A stretch of DNA of 64,000 nt from Candidatus Heimdallarchaeota archaeon (GTDB lineage Archaea; Asgardarchaeota; Heimdallarchaeia; Hodarchaeales; Hodarchaeaceae), in contig JBHLSH010000003.1 of NCBI GenBank assembly GCA_048881705.1, positions 37,890 through 101,889 of the forward strand. The letters run 5' to 3'. A model generated the notes under the pieces. The model saw only the letters and a program-made list of their open reading frames with translations, was not told the DNA's origin and made no database searches. The translations under genes and the position numbers were made by a program. Positions within the stretch are counted from its first letter, which is position 1; each line of letters opens with the position of its first letter. Shown here in pieces: positions 37,661-47,938 of the stretch.

Positions 37661-39112
37661 TTACTCTGTATTTCCTCCTAACCTTGTTCCGCAAAACACG
37701 CAGAACGATGCGTTTGGTAGCACATTCTGGTTACAAGTCGGGCAGCGGGGCTCTTGTTTTATTATCTCCGTGAAGTTGGTTCCACAAAAGACACAGAAGG
37801 TCACCCCTGGAAAATTTCGCTTTTTGCAGTTAGGACAAAGAATGGGCTTTCCGGATTCTGACTGGAATGAGACTGCTTTTGGCTGAGTGGAATGGCCAGA
37901 GACAAATGGCGAAAAGATCGATGGTGAAATCCAATCTGGTTCCGCTATCGGGTGAGTCATACGGAATATAAAATACAATAAAGCTGAAATCAAGATCCAA
38001 AAATAACCTGTTTCAATGATTAGCTCCAAGAGGGTTCTTTCTCTGCTTATTGGACCCAGAAAATCAAAAATGATGCTAAACACCAAGTCTCTTCCCCCTT
38101 CGATCAATACGAATCCTACCATCATTATGAGAACGGGAAGAAGCCGTTTATCTCGATACTTAAAATCCGTAATGATTCTCTTCCAAGTCGAAGGCTCCTT
38201 CGATGTTCTGAAAAAGTCAAAAAGCAACCAAAAGAAAACACAACCCCCAATTAGAAGTGAAACCAGCAGAAAATAGCTGAGAATACTCATAAGGATGAAA
38301 TTTCCTGATTCCAAAGCAATCAGACTAAGGCCGGAAACTCCATTGGAGAGTCCATGCATGATCATCGGATAAATCACCTTCCTGGTTCTAATATACAAAT
38401 ATCCGAGAGTAAGACCCCCGGCAAAAGTCCCCAAAAAGTGAACCAATGTAAAACGAATGGTGCCTAATAAAAGATCGGAAGGTGTATGAATCAATGAGAA
38501 CATGAAGGACGATATCACAAGTGTCCAAAACATTCCCAGTCCCCGTCGCTCTAAAAGAGGAATTAAGGTTCGTCTGAAGATCAATTCCTCAGCCAGAGCA
38601 GCACCAAATACAAGTACCCCAAAAAAAAGGAGGTAATAGATGGGAGTCGCCAAGAGATCGGGTGTCGGAAATATCTCTTCATAGCTACTAACATTTTCTC
38701 CCAGTGGTTCAAGAAGGAGGTCTATGAAATATAAAACACCTAGTAAGAATGAAATATCAAGAGCAAATACGTAGTATAAAACCTGTAAAGGATTATGTTG
38801 CGGCATTTGTTTCTCTTCAGGTTCCACTTTGTTGGTCCTTTTGAGGAATAAAAACATCAGAATGCCGCCAAGTTGAGCAATTATATTAATTGCAAGGTTC
38901 AGTAACGTCGCGAGACTCGCCTCCAATTGAAATAAATTAAGTAGGAGCATTGTTACAATTCCAAAAGATGCCAGAGTTCCTGCCAGGTCAAAAAAAGATA
39001 GCATCAATAATACAACCGCAAAAGGGTAAAGAAGATCTTTGGTATCGACCATGCCTTCCTTATGTTGGCTGTCTGATAAGGTTTCCATACTTATTTCATT
39101 TTCATCTTTCAT
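37661..39112 (-). CDS. CPBP intramembrane metalloprotease with C-terminal double zinc ribbon (paralog of the previous gene)
   Basis: AEELIFRR, FSLIH, MHGLSN; CPNC...FCVFCG and CPTC...FCVFCG. Confidence 0.9.
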   Translation of the reverse strand: MKDENEISMETLSDSQHKEGMVDTKDLLYPFAVVLLMLSFFDLAGTLASFGIVTMLLLNLFQLEASLATLLNLAINIIAQLGGILMFLFLKRTNKVEPEEKQMPQHNPLQVLYYVFALDISFLLGVLYFIDLLLEPLGENVSSYEEIFPTPDLLATPIYYLLFFGVLVFGAALAEELIFRRTLIPLLERRGLGMFWTLVISSFMFSLIHTPSDLLLGTIRFTLVHFLGTFAGGLTLGYLYIRTRKVIYPMIMHGLSNGVSGLSLIALESGNFILMSILSYFLLVSLLIGGCVFFWLLFDFFRTSKEPSTWKRIITDFKYRDKRLLPVLIMMVGFVLIEGGRDLVFSIIFDFLGPISRERTLLELIIETGYFWILISALLYFIFRMTHPIAEPDWISPSIFSPFVSGHSTQPKAVSFQSESGKPILCPNCKKRNFPGVTFCVFCGTNFTEIIKQEPRCPTCNQNVLPNASFCVFCGTRLGGNTE

Positions 39113-39130
39113 CTATAGTTTCCTACCTAT

Positions 39131-40093
39131 CTACGGGATAAAAAACGTACCCAGGAAGAAAGCACCCATGGCAATCCACAGAGACCAACGGGTGTATTTT
39201 CGTGCCTTTTTTCCTCCAAGTTCTTTCTCAGTTAGAATTGTATAAGATGTTAATCCTAAGATCAAGGTTAAAATCACCAGTAAACTCCAGAAGACAACGT
39301 TTTCGTAAACTAAAAGACCGATGAGAGTAGCACATATTATTGCCACCAAAAAAAGACCGCTTGCAATCCATCCTGCCTTAACTGGACCAATTCTAACCGG
39401 TAGAGATTTCAAATTGACTGATCTATCACCTGCAAGGTCTTGGATGTCCTTTACGATTTCTCTACCGGTAGCGAGGAAAAATGTTACAACAATCATTAAT
39501 CCGCACGCTAAGAGAATAAAGTCTTCTGTTGGATTTAGGAGGAAAAAACCTGTGAAAAGCGGCGATACATAACCTATTGACACCCACATGTTTCCGATAA
39601 AGCCCGTTTCTTTTAATCCCAAGTTATAAAATACTCCTACAAGTATAAAGATTATGGTAAATCCAAGTAAAGCAATGGTTACATCATAAACAATAACAAG
39701 AATGGATATAATAGCAGTTGACATAACAAAAAAGGCAATACTCAAATTTTTAACGTATTGAGGACTGAAGGCTCCTCTAGCTATGGGTCGATCGTACCTC
39801 TCATTGGCAATGTCTGTCTCAACATCAAAATAGTCGTTTATACTTTCAATAGCTGATGCCAAAAGCAGAGTTGCAATTATTCCCAGAACAAGGCCATCAA
39901 GTGGTAAAACTCCGTTTTTAAACATGAAATCAATAAAATTAGGGGAATTTCCCCTCAAGACGTATACAATAAATCCTGCAGCCAAAACTGCAATGACACT
40001 CAAGATCCCCAAGGAAAATCTGAAAAGATCAAGATAATCCTTCGTTCGTCCGTACGAAGGAATCGAATTTTCATTCAACATTTCGTTAATCAC
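39131..40093 (-). CDS. UbiA-family prenyltransferase, DGGGP-synthase-like (start GTG 40093 or ATG 40081)
   Basis: INDYFDVETDIANERYDRPIARG and REIVKDIQDLAGD; polytopic membrane protein. Confidence 0.9.
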   Translation of the reverse strand: MINEMLNENSIPSYGRTKDYLDLFRFSLGILSVIAVLAAGFIVYVLRGNSPNFIDFMFKNGVLPLDGLVLGIIATLLLASAIESINDYFDVETDIANERYDRPIARGAFSPQYVKNLSIAFFVMSTAIISILVIVYDVTIALLGFTIIFILVGVFYNLGLKETGFIGNMWVSIGYVSPLFTGFFLLNPTEDFILLACGLMIVVTFFLATGREIVKDIQDLAGDRSVNLKSLPVRIGPVKAGWIASGLFLVAIICATLIGLLVYENVVFWSLLVILTLILGLTSYTILTEKELGGKKARKYTRWSLWIAMGAFFLGTFFIP

Positions 40094-41972
40094 TCCGACG
40101 AGAGATAGTAACTTTAACTTTTCCCTTCCGTTTTGTAACGAGTTGTACTAATTGGCGAGATTCATCAAATGAATATTCTCCTTCTGACGTTTGCACTTGA
40201 AATCCGTTTGGATATTGAATTCTTGGGACAAAAATCTCTGTTACAAGTTTAGAATGCCCTTTACTTGTGAAAACATAATTAAAAATCCCTTTCTTCTGAT
40301 TAAAACTCATTTCCAGTGGGGTTCCCGCTGTTCTCTGTACATAAGGTCGAGAAAATCCTAAAATTGCTCTTCCGCCGCTGTTGATGTTTAAGGGATCATT
40401 CCGTTGATCCCGACTGAAAATCGACAGATCTTCCAGGTTCCATTGATCACCCCATTCGTTGGAATTATCAGATGTATAATTCCATATGGTGGAATGAAGC
40501 AGCAAACGATCTATCGCATCATAGTACATCGTCAAGGCTTGAATGTGCTTGTTATAATTGCCCGTCCGATAAGCTTGTTTATTTTGGAGATCGAACGGAA
40601 CCCCAAATTCGCCTAGAAGGGTTGGAATGCCATCATGAATTCGTCGAGAGATTTCCTTATGGCTTTTTAGATTATTATGGTACATTTTCCTGATATTACG
40701 TGGTAAGAAGACTGGTCTTCGGGTAGAAACATCAATATTCACCCATGGGTTAAACTGCTTGGTAAAGAGGGTGAAGCCATCATACCAATGGGACGCATTT
40801 ACCACGTTCTTTGGGTCTGAGTCCTCCCAAACAAGCTTGTGATGCGTCAGTACCTCCCGGCTTATGAAAATTGGAATTTCCGGCATTATTCCCCGAACGG
40901 AGTCCGTAAAGTCACGGATGAAGGGTTTAAGGAAATTATTGAAGAAATCTATTGGAATTCCATCTTGAGTTGCAAAGAATGTGGGATTCAATAACCGTGG
41001 GGTTCCGTCATTCCTTTCCTCCCATATACCCTCCTCTTGCCAGATATCCCTACGGCCTTGTAACCAAACTGATATTTTATCAGGATTTACGATTTCTTTT
41101 CTAACTTCTCCCATACCCAACCATTTACGACCATAAACTGAGATCTCTCGGGAATGACCTCCCGCCGTTATCATCGCCTCATATGCGGTTGGAGCCAAAC
41201 CTGGAATCACTAGATCGGGTAAACGGTTTAAATTGGGGTTTCCAATAAATCCCCTGCTCGGTTCATTAAGGGGCTCCCATCCCAGAATGTGGTTCATGTC
41301 CTTACAACGTTTGACCAGTTGCACAATCGATTGTATGAAATGTTTTTGGAGATAGCGCTGAATGTTATCACCCTGAATCCGTATTTTGGGCGCAAAAGAA
41401 CTTCCACCAAAAAATAAAGAAAACATTGTTGCAGGCGCGAATAAATTATAATTGCTTGCCCACGACATGGCTTTATATCGGTCTGGGAAGCGATACTGCA
41501 TTAAGTGCGCAGCGTTGGTTTCCTCAAATTTTTTGATATCTAACCCTGCTGTTTCGAACGTCCAACCTGGTGCGCCATCGCCCCCTGACATTCGAGCCCA
41601 AACATCTTGGTGAGGATCAATGAGAATATAGAAATCGTGGTCACCAGCCAAACTCAAAAGTTCTTCAATATATTCTAAGTAGTCCTTATCGTATTGTCCG
41701 GGGCCAGAATGTTCAATAGCTTCCCACGTGATTAAGAATCGGATGCAATTGAATCCCCAGTGCTTCAACCTCCGAAAATGCTCTTCAGCTTTGTTCAAAG
41801 GAAAGGGCCTATTTACAAAGGACACCTGTCTATGATCGCGGAAATCAGTCGCAATGTGCGTTGCCCCACTTGGAACCGTGGGAACCTTGCTACTACCTCC
41901 CAAGTTAACGCCCCTGAGTAGAATTTTTCGCCCTTTTTCATCGACAAACCAGTGTCCTTGTATTTTCATCAT
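40086..41972 (-). CDS. Glycoside hydrolase family 5, endoglycoceramidase-related (GH5_12-like), with C-terminal beta domain
   Basis: RGVNLGGSSKVP, RFLITWEAIEH, DPHQDVW, acid/base NEP, nucleophile LGEFG, SRPY; no signal peptide. Confidence 0.9.
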   Translation of the reverse strand: MMKIQGHWFVDEKGRKILLRGVNLGGSSKVPTVPSGATHIATDFRDHRQVSFVNRPFPLNKAEEHFRRLKHWGFNCIRFLITWEAIEHSGPGQYDKDYLEYIEELLSLAGDHDFYILIDPHQDVWARMSGGDGAPGWTFETAGLDIKKFEETNAAHLMQYRFPDRYKAMSWASNYNLFAPATMFSLFFGGSSFAPKIRIQGDNIQRYLQKHFIQSIVQLVKRCKDMNHILGWEPLNEPSRGFIGNPNLNRLPDLVIPGLAPTAYEAMITAGGHSREISVYGRKWLGMGEVRKEIVNPDKISVWLQGRRDIWQEEGIWEERNDGTPRLLNPTFFATQDGIPIDFFNNFLKPFIRDFTDSVRGIMPEIPIFISREVLTHHKLVWEDSDPKNVVNASHWYDGFTLFTKQFNPWVNIDVSTRRPVFLPRNIRKMYHNNLKSHKEISRRIHDGIPTLLGEFGVPFDLQNKQAYRTGNYNKHIQALTMYYDAIDRLLLHSTIWNYTSDNSNEWGDQWNLEDLSIFSRDQRNDPLNINSGGRAILGFSRPYVQRTAGTPLEMSFNQKKGIFNYVFTSKGHSKLVTEIFVPRIQYPNGFQVQTSEGEYSFDESRQLVQLVTKRKGKVKVTISRRSD

Positions 41973-42081
41973 TAAATCGTTTCATAAGAGAGAGAAGTGA
42001 GTTTTATCAACATTTCTAGTCTACTTGAAAAAACAGATATGGCAGATTTAGCAAAATCGACTAAATAATGGGAATTCCGGC

Positions 42082-42537
42082 TCAATTTCCCTGACGTCTT
42101 GACTTGATGATAAATTTTAAATGTCTCCCGCCATGGGTGGCAAAAATTTCAAGGTATTGATCTAACGTCAGGCTACCGATTTCAGGATGCACGAGAGTCC
42201 GAGTCCAGTCCTTTTCATCCAATTCTTTCAATACTTGGGTGATACGCTGATGCACTGAACGAATCATCGCCAAGGATAGTTCGATATTCTGCTTATAATC
42301 TGGTAGCTCAGCCCATGCAGATTCATTATACGGTTTGATGGTTGGATTCTCTTCTGTCAAGGCCATCTTGATTCGAATATAGCTATTGAGATGTGAATCA
42401 GCTATATGGTGCACAACCTGCCTTAGGGACCATTGGACAACCTTTTTATTCAATTCGCCACTTGCAAGGCCTTTCACTACACTTTCTAATTCAGCGGGGA
42501 ATATTTCAATCATTCTCAGGAATTCGGCTCTTTTCAT
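42082..42537 (-). CDS. DinB/YfiT (bacillithiol transferase-like) family protein
   Basis: WSLRQVVHHIADSH, ALTEENPTIKPYNESAWAEL, HGGRHL. Confidence 0.88.
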   Translation of the reverse strand: MKRAEFLRMIEIFPAELESVVKGLASGELNKKVVQWSLRQVVHHIADSHLNSYIRIKMALTEENPTIKPYNESAWAELPDYKQNIELSLAMIRSVHQRITQVLKELDEKDWTRTLVHPEIGSLTLDQYLEIFATHGGRHLKFIIKSRRQGN

Positions 42538-43228
42538 CCCAATTCCTCCATTATTCCTGAATCATTTAATGTATGTTCTTAAACCGCGAGGACAAAGAAA
42601 AGCAATGAACCAACTCCCTAATTCAACTGATCATCACTTACTAAAATCCCGCGTCAAGCTCTTCAGTATTCCAAGAAACTATGGCTTCTAGAGGCCGCCA
42701 TATTAGCTTGGACATAAAATAATCTAAATTCCTCATCTGAGACTCAGTACGAAAGTAATTTCATCCCACTCCTTCCAAGAGACAAAAAAAAACCGGATGA
42801 ATGTACGAATATAAACCCAGAATTCTCCTCCAAACCTATTTGATTATCGAAATGAAGTGGTGTCTACTAGACAGGGCTAAATTTTGAATTTATTATAATG
42901 GTTTTATGGTACAGCTAGGCAGAAGAGAAGGATTTAAGTAATCCGGATTGATTAGTTTCGTTGGACTACCCAAATCCCCGGATTGAAATGAAGTCCCATA
43001 ATATCTATGTGTACATGCATATTTTAACAAGTAAACATTTCAGGGTGGGGAATGTCAATGCTGAGTTCCTTCTACCCAAAAGGATAGCTTTCGTTTATCC
43101 TCTTCTGGCGAAAAAAGAACTGTTACCCATTTTCCAGGTAGTCTCATTTCAGAATAGAAGTGTATGAGTGAGTAAACAGCTTCAGACATTGAAAATTAAG
43201 TAATAACCGAATCAAGAGAGAATGAATC

Positions 43229-44497
43229 ATGCCTGAACAACAAAGAGTATTTATCGCAGGCGGTAATACAACCCCCTTTGATTATCCACTTAATCTCCAA
43301 ATCGAGGAAATGACTGCCAATGTTGTCCGCCAATTATACAAAGATGTTCCTGAATTTCACCTCAGGGATGTAAGAGATCACGGAATGGTGGTATATTCCC
43401 ATTTTTCTGTTCATTTTAGTCACCAATTGACTGCATACTGGATTCTGCACGATCATCTGGGTCTGGTCGGTGTTCCACACTTTAGAATAGACAACGGAGG
43501 AAACACCGGTGGATCTGCCCTTTATGCCGCTTATGCCCTGATAAGAAGTGGGCTCGCAAACGTGGTACCAGTGATTGGTTACGAACTGATGGCCTCTGTC
43601 TCCCAATCCAAAGGGAGCGAATTCATTGCCATAGCGTCTGATACCAGATATGAAGCCATGTTAGGGGCAAATTATACCAATTACTATGCAGGTTTAGCCC
43701 GGGTCTTTATGGAAAACCACAACCTTTCTGAAGAGGAATTTGCCGAGATTGCGGTAAAGAATAAGAATAATGCTATGGCCACAGGTGAAAAAACGCAACA
43801 TTTTCGTAGTATAGGCCGAAAAGTTACAGTAAACGATGTAATGGACTCTCGACTCATAGCTTATCCTCTGAAAAAACTAGATTGCTGTTTTATGTCCGAA
43901 GGGGCGGCTGTAGTTTTGCTTTGTAATGAAAAATTTGCGAAGCAATATAGCCCAGATCATTACGTCGAAATCACTGGTGTTGGCTTATCTTCGTGTACCA
44001 TCCGTGCAGGAGATCGATATAATTTCCCTGGTTGGACCCAACGTTATGGTGAGGGATATCCTGGGCTTGGAGAATTCGGAGCCTGTCGAAGAGCCGCGGA
44101 AGTGGCTTTCGATATGGCTAAAATCCCATGGAAAAACTCTTACAAACATTTAGATGTCGCTGAAGTCCATGATGCCTTCTCAACATCCGAAGCCCAAATC
44201 TATAATGCGCTAGGTTGGTGTGAGTCAATGTCAGTCAAAGAGTTCATTCGTGATCGTCTTCCCATGATGGAAGGTGAAATTCCTACAAATCCTGGAGGGG
44301 GTTTGATTGGATACGGCCATCCTGTGGGAGCCACGGGGTTAATGAGCGCCATAGAATGCTATTACCAGTTGACAGGTCGGATACCCAAGGAGCACAAGTC
44401 TACGGATAACGAAGTTAAAGATGCAGAAGTAGGACTCGTTAATAGTCACGCTGGGACTGGAACCAGCATTTCCAATTTTGTACTACAAAGAGCTTGA
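43229..44497 (+). CDS. Thiolase-fold protein (SCP-x type) lacking the catalytic Cys
   Basis: DNGGNTGGSA where active thiolases have NACASG; DCCFMSEGAA, EVHDAF, NPGGGLIGYGHPVGATG. Confidence 0.88.
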   Translation: MPEQQRVFIAGGNTTPFDYPLNLQIEEMTANVVRQLYKDVPEFHLRDVRDHGMVVYSHFSVHFSHQLTAYWILHDHLGLVGVPHFRIDNGGNTGGSALYAAYALIRSGLANVVPVIGYELMASVSQSKGSEFIAIASDTRYEAMLGANYTNYYAGLARVFMENHNLSEEEFAEIAVKNKNNAMATGEKTQHFRSIGRKVTVNDVMDSRLIAYPLKKLDCCFMSEGAAVVLLCNEKFAKQYSPDHYVEITGVGLSSCTIRAGDRYNFPGWTQRYGEGYPGLGEFGACRRAAEVAFDMAKIPWKNSYKHLDVAEVHDAFSTSEAQIYNALGWCESMSVKEFIRDRLPMMEGEIPTNPGGGLIGYGHPVGATGLMSAIECYYQLTGRIPKEHKSTDNEVKDAEVGLVNSHAGTGTSISNFVLQRA

Positions 44498-45167
44498 GGT
44501 GATAATTATGGCAGATCATTTACATCCAACTCCATTCAATAAGGACTTTCGGTGGGATGCTTGGAAAGAGATTTCTACATTAGTCCCCGAGAAAGGATGG
44601 ACATGGCAAAATGTCCGAACAGGTACCGCTGGAGGGACGGAGTGGATCGAACAGCAAATATACTTTGACATGTTGTACACCTTCCGCCTAGGCGCTTTGA
44701 GTCCCTATGCCAAGGGTTTACTGGAGGGGAAACTCCTCGGGACCAAGTGTCCGAATTGCGGCGATATCACATTCCCCCCAAGAGTAAATTGTTGGAATCT
44801 TGATTGTGATCTAATAAAAATGGATTGGGTCGAAATGCCAAGAACTGGGATCCTTCATGCATGGACCATTTGTGGTTTCGCTGCCAAAAGCGCCTTGAAG
44901 AAGTTACCATTTGTTCTAGCCTATGTTCTGATTGGAGATAGCAGAACAGCAATCGCAAATATACTACGTGTCGAGGAACCTTGGCATACAGAGACCGAAA
45001 TGCCAGTAGTAGTCAAAATGGCGCCGAAAGAGGAAAGAGTGGGAAATCTTATCGATTTTTGGTTTGAACCGGCTCCAGATTGGAGACCTAGTCCAATGAC
45101 ACCAGAAAAAGAACGCATCAGACAGCTGTGTGAACCAGTTTATGCGTGGGTCGCTCAGATGAAATGA
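44478..45167 (+). CDS. DUF35 Zn-ribbon/OB-fold protein (thiolase partner)
   Basis: GKLLGTKCPNCG...PPRVNC, WVEMPRTG, PFVLAYV; coupled to the thiolase gene. Confidence 0.88.
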   Translation: MYYKELEVIIMADHLHPTPFNKDFRWDAWKEISTLVPEKGWTWQNVRTGTAGGTEWIEQQIYFDMLYTFRLGALSPYAKGLLEGKLLGTKCPNCGDITFPPRVNCWNLDCDLIKMDWVEMPRTGILHAWTICGFAAKSALKKLPFVLAYVLIGDSRTAIANILRVEEPWHTETEMPVVVKMAPKEERVGNLIDFWFEPAPDWRPSPMTPEKERIRQLCEPVYAWVAQMK

Positions 45168-45200
45168 TTTGAGCATCACGTATCATATTACTAGCTGTAC

Positions 45201-45470
45201 CTATAAACGTAAGATAAAATTCATTAGAACAAACAGAGTTCCAGCCAATCCAATTCCTAAATCTGCCTGAATCAGTATCAATTGAAGGTTCTCTGGTAAG
45301 AAGGGGCCATTGGGCGGCTGATTTCCCGGGCTTTCATTGAGAAACTGTATTAACACGGTACAACCAGTAAAACCACAAATTAGATTAATAATAGTACATG
45401 TAGCATTATACACGTCGACTGGTTGTCCATGTACGAAAGGATGTATTGTCATTCCGTCCCAATAAAACAT
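45201..45470 (-). CDS. Possible small hypothetical protein
   Basis: 89-aa ORF between convergent genes, no motif; may be spurious. Confidence 0.25.
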   Translation of the reverse strand: MFYWDGMTIHPFVHGQPVDVYNATCTIINLICGFTGCTVLIQFLNESPGNQPPNGPFLPENLQLILIQADLGIGLAGTLFVLMNFILRL

Positions 45471-45563
45471 TTCAGTTACTGAATCATCAAGAAGATCTGT
45501 ATAGTACGGTGAGATACAAAGATAATTGAAAAGAAAACACCAAATCTGATTCTAAGCCTTTTT

Positions 45564-47921
45564 TCATACGAATGAAGGAGATTGTTTTGACAGAAGTTCT
45601 TTTTTCTTGTTTCCCAGGACCCTTGCTTCAAATTCATCATAATAAGCTTCGAGATTGGAGTCTACGCTTGGAAAGCAATTTTTTAGGGCATTCTCAAAAT
45701 CCTCAAACATGATAACACGCTGGCTGAAATCCTTTCTCAGTGCGATCATCACAGCTTCACGACACAAATTTTCCAGATCGGCCCCGGAGTATCCAGCTGT
45801 TCTTTCTGCAAGTGAATCAAGCAGGTGATCCCGGTCACCTTGAAATGGAATTTTCTTTGAATGAATATCTAGAATTTCTCGACGTCCTGATTGATCTGGG
45901 GAGGGAATAAGAATTAATTTATCTAACCTCCCTGGCCTAAGCAGTGCCAAATCAAGGGCGCCTGGTCTATTTGTGGCGCCTATAACAAAGATATCCTGTG
46001 TATCTTCTATCCCATCCAAGAGAGTTAGGAGCTGATTTACCGTCGCATCAATCTCTCGGCCGCCATCTGACTCGTCCCCTCCTCGTCGGGGAACCATAGC
46101 ATCAATTTCATCAAAAAAAAGAATACAGGGCGCCAATTTTTTTGCCTTACTAAACAGCTCTCGGACAATTCGGGCAGATTCTCCAAACCAAACAGATAAC
46201 AGTTCCGGACCCTTGATTGAGATGAATGATGCATCTAGTTCCGTGGCAATAGCCCTCGCCAGTAGCGTTTTTCCGTTACCAGGTGGCCCATAGAGAAGGA
46301 TTCCTCTAGGAGGGGTGACACCCATCTCCTTCAAAACCTGTGGTTGATGAAATTGCCATTCAAGCTGTTCTTGCAGCAGATGTTTTATTTCAGTAAGCCC
46401 TCCGATGTCGGCCCAATGAACATTGGGTTTTAAAATGCGGGAGTGCACCGTACGAAGTGCTGAGGGTTCTACAGTTCGAAAAGCTTCTTCAAAATCCTCA
46501 CGGGCTACTTTAATTTCCAGCATCACAGATGGCGGAATCGAGGTTCCCCAGAGATTAATTAATTCCGCATATCGAGCAACACAGCGCATGCAGGCTTCTT
46601 TAACAAGAGCAGCAATGTCCGTTCCTACATATCCAGTCATTCGATTTATGTACGACCTCAGATAATCTTCGGTAACATCATTTTCGAGCGGGACTGTTCG
46701 TAAATGAATATTTAGGATCTCTTCACGCTCCTGCTCCGATGGAACATTACATTCCACTTCGATATCGAAGCGACCTGGGCGTCGTACAATAGGATCTATA
46801 TCATCGGCTGACTTGCAGGCTCCTAGAACAAATGCGTGGGTTCCCTTGAGAGTGTCCAGCCCTAAGGCAAACTGAATTGAAAATCTACGAACATATTCTG
46901 GTAAATTTAAATCCGGTGCTGGCGTGAGAGTATCCAAATCATCCAATATTAAAAGAGCTGGACTTTTCTGAGCTACTTTTTGTACATCAGCAAAGAGAGT
47001 CCGGATATTTTTCTCAGTAGGGCCCACCCCAGCAAAGAGGTTCGCTGGAATTCGAAATATTTCTGCCCCAGATTGGGCCATTTCAGCTGCTAACGTATCC
47101 AATAGTAAGGTTTTGCCCACTCCGGATCCCCCAACAAGAAGAATTCCATGCGGGGGATCTATATTTATTGCACTAAAGACCTCAGGTCTTCTGATGGGCG
47201 TGATAACCAACTTCCTTAGACGTCGGATTACAGACTTGAGGCCTCCAATACTCTCCCACGAAATGCTTTCCAATTCTTTAGAACTTGGTATAAAGGTTTT
47301 ACTAAGCTGAAATTTGGTGGTTTTAGAACTAACTAAAACTATTCCGTCTGGACTTGTCGCTTTAATTAATAAGGTTTCTTTTTTGAATGTATAACCAGTT
47401 AGATTGATTTGGAGCCCCGATGAGACGGGTTGGTCTTTTAACTGGTTTCTCAATTGTACCAGAAGTAAATGGCGTTCCGCATCATTAAGTTTCGATGGGT
47501 CCTGTCCAACGAGAGTTACGTGAACTTTTTTGGCAATTGCAGGTTTCAATATCGTATCAACTTCAACGAGGTCCCCAAGGGAAAGGCCCAAGGATTGTCG
47601 TACCTCACCATCTAGTTTCGCCGTAAAAATGCCCTCACGGTCTATTTCCGAATACCCCTGAAACCGACGACCTCGTGGCCTCGGGAGATAATCTTCAGAA
47701 GTTTTCTTTTCTTTCTCCTCGCTTTTTATGGATGTTGTTGATTGTCCAAACATAGGAGGAGCATCTGGTTTAACAATGACCCCGAATCGCTTATCCTTGT
47801 GAATAACCTCAATAACGGTTTCATCTTCCACGCCAAGAGTTAAAAGTGCTTCTGGTGGCAAGCGAATTATCCTTTTGCCGAAATCCTCTGCCTGGGGTTC
47901 TGCCAGTTCACAAGCAACCAT
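45564..47921 (-). CDS. CDC48-like AAA+ ATPase, degenerate D1 / intact D2
   Basis: CDC48-type N-domain. D1 GGSGVGKT and LILDDLD. D2 GPPGNGKT, LFFDEID, LLRPGRLD. Confidence 0.92.
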   Translation of the reverse strand: MVACELAEPQAEDFGKRIIRLPPEALLTLGVEDETVIEVIHKDKRFGVIVKPDAPPMFGQSTTSIKSEEKEKKTSEDYLPRPRGRRFQGYSEIDREGIFTAKLDGEVRQSLGLSLGDLVEVDTILKPAIAKKVHVTLVGQDPSKLNDAERHLLLVQLRNQLKDQPVSSGLQINLTGYTFKKETLLIKATSPDGIVLVSSKTTKFQLSKTFIPSSKELESISWESIGGLKSVIRRLRKLVITPIRRPEVFSAINIDPPHGILLVGGSGVGKTLLLDTLAAEMAQSGAEIFRIPANLFAGVGPTEKNIRTLFADVQKVAQKSPALLILDDLDTLTPAPDLNLPEYVRRFSIQFALGLDTLKGTHAFVLGACKSADDIDPIVRRPGRFDIEVECNVPSEQEREEILNIHLRTVPLENDVTEDYLRSYINRMTGYVGTDIAALVKEACMRCVARYAELINLWGTSIPPSVMLEIKVAREDFEEAFRTVEPSALRTVHSRILKPNVHWADIGGLTEIKHLLQEQLEWQFHQPQVLKEMGVTPPRGILLYGPPGNGKTLLARAIATELDASFISIKGPELLSVWFGESARIVRELFSKAKKLAPCILFFDEIDAMVPRRGGDESDGGREIDATVNQLLTLLDGIEDTQDIFVIGATNRPGALDLALLRPGRLDKLILIPSPDQSGRREILDIHSKKIPFQGDRDHLLDSLAERTAGYSGADLENLCREAVMIALRKDFSQRVIMFEDFENALKNCFPSVDSNLEAYYDEFEARVLGNKKKELLSKQSPSFV

Positions 47922-47938
47922 TTGAATACCCCTATTTC

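Noticed and set aside
42538-43228. 691-nt intergenic gap as a hidden RNA gene or small CDS (incl. 42961-43167)
   Set aside because: No tRNA arms, repeats or convincing stems seen, and the small ORF has no motif or SD; most simply a divergent promoter region.
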